Below, piece by piece: positions 26,475 to 32,000 of a stretch of 32,000 bases of DNA. The position numbers and the translations under genes are program-made. Source of the DNA: an uncultured archaeon (GTDB taxonomy: Archaea; Asgardarchaeota; Thorarchaeia; Thorarchaeales; Thorarchaeaceae); the NCBI GenBank assembly GCA_964354495.1, contig CAYHAA010000006.1, positions 30,001 through 62,000 of the forward strand. The letters run 5' to 3'. Position 1 is the first letter of the stretch. Each line of letters begins with the position of its first letter. The notes below the pieces were generated by a model. It ran no database searches. It had not been told where the DNA came from and saw only the letters and a program-made list of their open reading frames with translations.

Positions 26475-27785
26475 ATGAAGAAAGTGCTCTGTCTGGGTGC
26501 CGGACTCGTTGCTCGTCCATACATCCAATATCTTAGTGAGAATGGCTTTCATGTCTTTGTTGCCAGCAGAACAAAGAGCAAAGCTGAACACCTGATAGAT
26601 GGTTGTGAGAATGCAGAGGCTATTCCCTTCAACATAGCCACAGATGATGCTCTTCTTGAAGAGCTGACAACCAAAGCGGATCTCGTCTGTTCATTACTTC
26701 CATACATTCATCATGTCAAGGCAGCAAAGGTTGCAGTAAGACACAAGAAACACTTCTGTACGACATCCTACATCTCAGCCGAGATGAAGGCTCTAGACGA
26801 AGATGCCAAAAAAGCGGGAGTCCTACTTCTCAATGAGTGTGGCGTTGACCCTGGTATGGATCATATGACTGCCATGCAGATAATAGACCATGTTCATAAC
26901 AAAGGAGGCGAGATTAGGAGCTTCACATCATTCACTGGCGGTCTTCCAGCTCCTGATGATAATAACAATCCATATGGCTACAAACTATCATGGAGCCCTC
27001 GCGGAGTTCTTCTTGCTGGAAGGAATGATGCTCACTTTTTGCGAGATGGCAAGGAGGTCTTGATTCGTGGGGCAGACCTGTTCCAAAACTATGAGCTGAT
27101 GGAGGTGCCAGGAGCAGGCACTTTCGAGGCGTATCCAAATCGTGATAGTATGTCCTACATTGAGATTTACAATATACCTGAAACAAAGACGATGCTCCGT
27201 GGTACTCTTCGCAACATAGGCTGGTGTGAAACACTTGATAAGATAGCAGGCTTGGGTCTACTGGACCTAGAGGAAAGATCTCTAGCTAACACGACATATG
27301 CAGCCATGATGAGAGACCTAACATCAGCAGGTAACATCAAGACCGCAGTCGCCAAGTTCTGTGGGGTTGCAAAGAATCATCCAATCTTAAAACGCCTTGA
27401 ATGGCTTGGGCTGTTCGATGAAGTCATCATACCACCTGGTATCAACACAAGGCTTGATGCACTATGTCATCTCTTCGAACAGAAGCTACAATATGCACCC
27501 GGAGAACGCGATATGCTAGTGATGCACCACGAGTTCATAGCTGAGTATAAAGACAAGAAGCAGAAGATCACATCGACACTCATTGACTATGGAGTTCCCA
27601 ATGGCGACAGCTCTATGTCAAGAACAGTAGCACTACCGGTTGCTATTGCTAGCAGAATGATACTTGAAAGAAAGATCAAACTCACCGGAGTTCATCGCCC
27701 AGTCGTTGCCGCCCTGTACGACCCCATTCTTCAAGAGCTTGCGGGTCTAGGTATAGCCCTCGAAGAGCACGTATCTAATCTGTAA
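26475..27785 (+). CDS. Saccharopine dehydrogenase (glutamate-forming), Lys9/AASS C-terminal-like
   Basis: Motifs VLCLGAGLVARP, SLLPY..H, TTSYIS, NECGVDPGMDH, GGLPAP..NNNPYGYKLSWSPRG, YPNRDS, LRGTLR, SSMSRTVALP; SD GGAGG. Confidence 0.93.
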   Translation: MKKVLCLGAGLVARPYIQYLSENGFHVFVASRTKSKAEHLIDGCENAEAIPFNIATDDALLEELTTKADLVCSLLPYIHHVKAAKVAVRHKKHFCTTSYISAEMKALDEDAKKAGVLLLNECGVDPGMDHMTAMQIIDHVHNKGGEIRSFTSFTGGLPAPDDNNNPYGYKLSWSPRGVLLAGRNDAHFLRDGKEVLIRGADLFQNYELMEVPGAGTFEAYPNRDSMSYIEIYNIPETKTMLRGTLRNIGWCETLDKIAGLGLLDLEERSLANTTYAAMMRDLTSAGNIKTAVAKFCGVAKNHPILKRLEWLGLFDEVIIPPGINTRLDALCHLFEQKLQYAPGERDMLVMHHEFIAEYKDKKQKITSTLIDYGVPNGDSSMSRTVALPVAIASRMILERKIKLTGVHRPVVAALYDPILQELAGLGIALEEHVSNL

Positions 27786-27823
27786 CACGTTAGACTCTAG
27801 ACTGCAGAAGAGCTGATACATCA

Positions 27824-28465
27824 CTACTCACGAACTCGCATTTGTATGGCTGTCAGAATCTCTTCTGCTCTCTCTGTTTCTTTCTGAACCTCTTTCAGCT
27901 CAGTCTTCAGCCTGTATGTATATCCGGAACGGTTTCCATATCGTTCTAGGTGACCCTTACCGTTATTCCACATTCGTGCAAGATATGTCGAAGATGTACT
28001 CTTGGGCAAATCCTCACTGAATGAATCTTCATAGATCTCAGCAACATCCAACGATGAGAACTTGCCATGTTTGAAAGATGCATAGATGATGAGCTGCATC
28101 TTTTCATAGCTGCTCATAGAGTCAAAACTGCTTTCATCGTACCCCGTATCTGGCACTTCCCCAATGACCTCTTCAAAGCTGCAACCAGTACTGGTTTCTA
28201 AGAATACTTTGAACTTAGCAAACATTTCTTCTACACTGCCGCCCTTGACTTGAAAACTCGACTCTTCGCCCATAGTTTCATCGGATACTACTATCTTGAA
28301 ATCAAAGGGTGTTTCTGTCAGCGAGAGGATCTTACTGAATCTGTTGAGTGCCTCATTTGGATTCACATACTTGCACTGGAAGATTTCACGGAGACCTGGG
28401 GCAGAATAATATGTGAATTCATACACATAGTTCGTTCGGTCTCCATCACTCAATTCTATCACCAC
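27824..28465 (-). CDS. Uncharacterised protein with a C-terminal winged helix-turn-helix domain (GTG start)
   Basis: C-terminal segment SYEKMQLII..F..GKFSSLDVAEIYEDSFSEDLPKSTSSTYLARM...GHLERYG....YTYRL has a wHTH pattern. Confidence 0.75.
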   Translation of the reverse strand: MVIELSDGDRTNYVYEFTYYSAPGLREIFQCKYVNPNEALNRFSKILSLTETPFDFKIVVSDETMGEESSFQVKGGSVEEMFAKFKVFLETSTGCSFEEVIGEVPDTGYDESSFDSMSSYEKMQLIIYASFKHGKFSSLDVAEIYEDSFSEDLPKSTSSTYLARMWNNGKGHLERYGNRSGYTYRLKTELKEVQKETERAEEILTAIQMRVRE

Positions 28466-28908
28466 TTGAAGATACTATCTACTTCATTGATTCATTCACA
28501 GAATACTAGAGTGTCCGTCCAAATAAGTGTGAGTATGTGAATTGTACATACGGAGATAAGAGATACATACCGCGCCTGTTCAATTTCAGAACCCATCCAT
28601 CTCGTTTCTTGTGTGCTCACGTCCTTCTTCGTCTTTGAACTAGCAATAAAGGGTTATGAGCGCTCTATACGCGAAAATAAGGAAGTTGTCCAACCTTTTT
28701 ATCATTCACAGAATTATATGGCTTGTGAATGAAGTCATAAGGATTTCATATGTGCGATTACTTAGTTCCATAGGAAACGGAGGGGTGTGTCCATTCACAA
28801 TGATAAGAAGAGCTATTACTGCTTAGTTGAGTACAAAAAGCATACAAAACACCGATTTCCATAGTGGATTCACAATATTGGCGCCATTCACACGAATTCA
28901 TTGTGAAT
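28361..28908. repeat. Cluster of 10 ATTCACA/TGTGAAT heptads in direct and inverted orientation
   Basis: Forward copies start at 28361, 28494, 28704, 28793, 28868, 28886; reverse copies at 28412, 28536, 28724, 28902. Includes the perfect inverted repeat TCATTCACA-N13-TGTGAATGA (28702-28732). Confidence 0.8.
28765..28788 (+). other. ORB-like element (GTTCCATAGGAAACGGAGGGGTGT)
   Basis: Has the TTCCA..GGAA internal dyad plus G-string, close to the canonical archaeal ORB, and is followed by an approximately 33% GC stretch. Confidence 0.7.
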
Positions 28909-28935
28909 TAGTGTCAATGAGGTTAGTCTGTGAAG

Positions 28936-29934
28936 CTATATCGGCAACAAATAATCAGTTGAACTCTCTCCCAAAACAAGTTGCTGAAAGATATCTCCAG
29001 TTGTTGTGTCTGTCACTCTTTCTAAACGCCCTCTTGTTCTCACAGACATTCCTGCTGAAACCTGTTCAGTGAATCGTCCTCGAAAACTAATGAGTCTTCT
29101 TAGACTAGGGCAGTCAGATGACTCGACAATATAGGTACATGGTGTGAAGATGGAGTCATGATCATCCTCCACTCTGCAACGAACTTTGCAGGAACCCATC
29201 ATGTCATACAACATTTTTCCATAGAACTCATCGGTTTCATCATGGCGCTTAACCAGCCTAACGAAGAATTCGTATTTATCAAAGAGTCCCTGTAGGACTT
29301 TCTTGCTCTCGATTTTGCTAAGTATGTCATGATGTTGAGTCAAGTCACTCCATCTGAATCTTACATGTGCATTCAGAAGGTTTCCAGAATAGGGCCTGAT
29401 ACCCACAATTTTCCCATAGCCCTCAGACAGGATATCATAGAATTTCCGACACGCTGTACTCCCATAGACTACGAGATCGATATCCGATCTATCTGTTGCT
29501 ATGCCCAACAGTTGCGACCCTGTAATGCCAATGTCCGACCATGCTACTCCAGTCGTTTGTACTAGTCTTTCAGCAAGCATGACTGTTGCTTCCCCCAGTC
29601 TACTCAGAGTACCACAATTATTCTTCATCTGAGCCAGACCCTCGACTGGTCCGAGAATCGAAGCTATTTTCCGTTTCGGGACCGATTGAATGACTCTTCC
29701 GTGAACCTTGCTTAACCACAGACACTCCGAAAATCGGGAGTTCAAGTATTCATATCTCTCATTGAGATTATACAGCTTGCGATAATGTAGACTCGATTTG
29801 TTTGGACTATCTTCTGGCACATATCTCAAATATGCTATGATGCGATCCTGTGGGTGCACCACTCCCTTCACCTCAAAGATCAGATTCTCAGAAGTGATGA
29901 GAAAGTATCCCTCAACAGGATTCTCAGACGACAT
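28936..29934 (-). CDS. Archaeal predicted nucleotidyltransferase (COG1665-like, Pol-beta superfamily)
   Basis: Motifs FEVKGVVHPQDRIIAYLRYVP, IGITGSQLLG....SDIDLVVYG, FTPCTYIV, SFRGRFTEQ. Start chosen at MSSENP. Confidence 0.8.
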   Translation of the reverse strand: MSSENPVEGYFLITSENLIFEVKGVVHPQDRIIAYLRYVPEDSPNKSSLHYRKLYNLNERYEYLNSRFSECLWLSKVHGRVIQSVPKRKIASILGPVEGLAQMKNNCGTLSRLGEATVMLAERLVQTTGVAWSDIGITGSQLLGIATDRSDIDLVVYGSTACRKFYDILSEGYGKIVGIRPYSGNLLNAHVRFRWSDLTQHHDILSKIESKKVLQGLFDKYEFFVRLVKRHDETDEFYGKMLYDMMGSCKVRCRVEDDHDSIFTPCTYIVESSDCPSLRRLISFRGRFTEQVSAGMSVRTRGRLERVTDTTTGDIFQQLVLGESSTDYLLPI

Positions 29935-29995
29935 ATCTATCGTTTCCTGAAAGCATAGTATGGTATTAAAGCAGTTCACTCAATAGTCACTTCTC

Positions 29996-31210
29996 ATGGC
30001 AACCAAAATGGATGTCAGATTGGACTTTGGTGTCTATGATGAGATTCCCAGTTTCGCGTACTTCGACTCAGCAAGCACAACATTGGTTCCTAAGTCATCA
30101 GTGAATACAACTGCAGTTTTCCTTAGTTCGGTGGTAGTTTCTTCACGACGAGGTGCACATAGACTTGCTGTCAGGGGCAGCAATATCGTGGAAACCACCC
30201 GACAAACCTTATCTCGATTTCTGGAAACCGACCCTGCTTCGATTTCATTTCAGAAATCTATACCCTCTACAGTTGCATCTTTTGTTTATGGCTACAATTG
30301 GAAGGATAGCAAAAGGAACAAAATAGTCGTTGCCCAATCTGAGGAAAATTCTGTCTACGTATCTATGCTGCGTGCTGCAGAGGTACTACATCTAGATGTG
30401 GAAATCGCTCCAATAGAGAATGATGGTTCTGTATCGCTCAGTTTGCTTGACAGCTTGATTGATGGAAGGACGGGAATTGTTGCAGTTAGTCATGTTATTC
30501 CAGGAATCGGCACAAAGAATCCAATTTCAGAAGTTGCGGAAATCGTTCACTCGCATGATGCGCTCTTACTGACAGACTCGACACGGTCAATGGGAGTAGT
30601 AGAAGACTCCCCCGTTCATCTTGGAAGTGACGTTCTCATTTTCTCCGCAAACATCGGGCTAATGGGCCCACCAGGTTTGGCACTCCAATGGATCAATCCG
30701 TCTGTAGATAGGAATCATATACCAGGGATTCTTGGAGGGTCCACTGTTTCGAATGTTCATAATAAGGAGTACGAAGTTGCATTTCAGCCTGACAAATATG
30801 AACCGGACTATCTCAATGTTCCTGCAATCGCTGGACTTGATACTTCAATCAATTACCTAACTGAGCTTCGCTCAAACGGTCTGATTAGACATCTTGCTCG
30901 TCTTTCGAATCATATGAAAAAGCGTCTGCGCGAGATTGATGGCTTGACTCTGTATGGCGCACCCAAGAGTGGAACAACCATTTTCGGTTTCAATCTTGGC
31001 GACACCTCTCAGATCGGATGTCATGATATTGCATTATTCCTTGATGAGTCAAACATAGCAGTCAGAAGTGGCCTTGTCTGTGCACATCCTCTAATACAAT
31101 CGATGACACAGGATGGTCTCGTTCAAGTCTCTCTTCATGGGTACAACACAATTGATGATATCAATCATCTAGTTTCTACCCTAGACACGATCTCACAGCA
31201 ACTGCTGTGA
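29996..31210 (+). CDS. SufS/class V aminotransferase-fold protein lacking the PLP Schiff-base lysine
   Basis: Motifs YFDSASTT, VAVSHV..G...NP, GGSTV, YEP..LNVPAIAGL, AVRSGLVCAHP are present, but the S.HK motif reads FSANI. Confidence 0.85.
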   Translation: MATKMDVRLDFGVYDEIPSFAYFDSASTTLVPKSSVNTTAVFLSSVVVSSRRGAHRLAVRGSNIVETTRQTLSRFLETDPASISFQKSIPSTVASFVYGYNWKDSKRNKIVVAQSEENSVYVSMLRAAEVLHLDVEIAPIENDGSVSLSLLDSLIDGRTGIVAVSHVIPGIGTKNPISEVAEIVHSHDALLLTDSTRSMGVVEDSPVHLGSDVLIFSANIGLMGPPGLALQWINPSVDRNHIPGILGGSTVSNVHNKEYEVAFQPDKYEPDYLNVPAIAGLDTSINYLTELRSNGLIRHLARLSNHMKKRLREIDGLTLYGAPKSGTTIFGFNLGDTSQIGCHDIALFLDESNIAVRSGLVCAHPLIQSMTQDGLVQVSLHGYNTIDDINHLVSTLDTISQQLL

Positions 31211-31223
31211 TTCCATCATGGTT

Positions 31224-31472
31224 TCATGCGATAGAGAAAATGGGCGGAAAGAACACAAAGTATTGAACGGTAATTGCCAAGAGTATCCCGCCCAGAACCA
31301 ATCCCTTTCCTCTCTTCGTGTTCACATCAGTAAACCAGAGAATCGCACCTATGAGTACTACGATGAATGACGAGATGTTCCCGATGAAAATCAAAAAGTC
31401 CCATATCTCTGCAAAGTAAGATGCAACCAGATTTGCAAAGTCTACAAGGGGGCTCAGAATGTAGAGAAACAT
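31224..31472 (-). CDS. Small membrane protein (82 aa)
   Basis: Hydrophobic segments separated by TDVNTKRGKGLV; lies downstream of glmS on the same strand. Confidence 0.65.
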   Translation of the reverse strand: MFLYILSPLVDFANLVASYFAEIWDFLIFIGNISSFIVVLIGAILWFTDVNTKRGKGLVLGGILLAITVQYFVFFPPIFSIA

Positions 31473-31521
31473 TAGTGCATCCTCATACAGTAGTCTACTC
31501 CTCGTTGAGGATTTAAAGTCC

Positions 31522-32000
31522 TCAAAGCACTGTTACAGACTTGGCAAGGTTACGTGGTTTATCTGGATCATATCCCTTCTTCAATGCCATATAGTAGCTG
31601 AACAACTGAAGGGGTACTACAAAGATCATTGTGGAAAACTCTGCCTCAATTTGTTCGGGAATTGTGAAGACGTGATTCGAGAGACTCGCTAATTCCTTGT
31701 CATCCTTCGAAATCACAGACACTATAGACGCACCCCTCGCCTTCATCTCCATGATGTTACCAATCATTCTGCTACGTGTTTCATCATTTGGGGCAACAAA
31801 GATTACCGGATAGTCTTCTTGTACAAGAGCAATTGGACCATGCTTTGACTCACCTGCTGAATACGCTTCGGCATGATTGTAGGCGATTTCCTTGAGTTTC
31901 AGAGCTCCTTCTTCTGCGGTTGCTATCGAAACTCCTCTGCCCAAGAATAGTAAGCTTGGTCTATCGTACATCTGACCAGCTAGTCTTCTTGCCAATTCCT
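31522..32000 (-). CDS. glmS: Glutamine--fructose-6-phosphate transaminase, C-terminal SIS domain; 5' end outside window
   Basis: Motifs FLGRG, EGALKLKEIAYNHAEAYSAGESKHGPIAL, VPLQLFSYY, DKPRNLAKSVTV. Confidence 0.95.
   Translation of the reverse strand, partial: ELARRLAGQMYDRPSLLFLGRGVSIATAEEGALKLKEIAYNHAEAYSAGESKHGPIALVQEDYPVIFVAPNDETRSRMIGNIMEMKARGASIVSVISKDDKELASLSNHVFTIPEQIEAEFSTMIFVVPLQLFSYYMALKKGYDPDKPRNLAKSVTVL

Noticed and set aside
774-29565. Numerous 60-160 aa ORFs antisense or out of frame within pgk, gatDE, pan, acdA, hypF, iorA, LKR/SDH and others
   Set aside because: They are shadow ORFs fully overlapping well-supported genes and have no recognisable motifs.

Overview
Archaeal chromosomal window, most likely an Asgard archaeon and probably Ca. 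Thorarchaeia. The lineage is inferred from gene content and style (GatDE, TFE plus DUF2110, aMBF1 plus PAN, NAC, Taw2, intron-containing tRNAs), not from a search. Positions 1-13.2 kb are mainly housekeeping genes: pgk, gatDE, four tRNA genes, tfe, mbf1, pan, taw2, nac and atpD. All four tRNAs carry BHB-type introns, two of them at non-canonical sites. Positions 13.3-32 kb hold amino-acid fermentation genes (acdA, iorAB, a split eukaryote-like LKR plus SDH pair), hypF, a SufS-like protein lacking the PLP lysine, and glmS. The most notable signals are non-coding. (1) Origin-recognition-box (ORB)-like elements occur in two AT-rich gaps about 4.2 kb apart (24.4-24.7 kb and 28.5-28.9 kb), with no cdc6/orc1 gene in the window. 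(2) Each gap has its own repeated motif: four GAAC-N4-GTTC palindromes around a small Cas2/VapD-like gene, and ten ATTCACA heptads beside a winged-helix gene. (3) A palindromic 9-mer, TGTAWTACA, often in tandem 9-bp units, recurs in many intergenic gaps, including both sides of an operon encoding an ExeA-type AAA+ ATPase and a ParG/SegB-like ribbon-helix-helix protein. Together these suggest an undescribed origin-proximal replication or segregation module. That interpretation is inference and needs testing.
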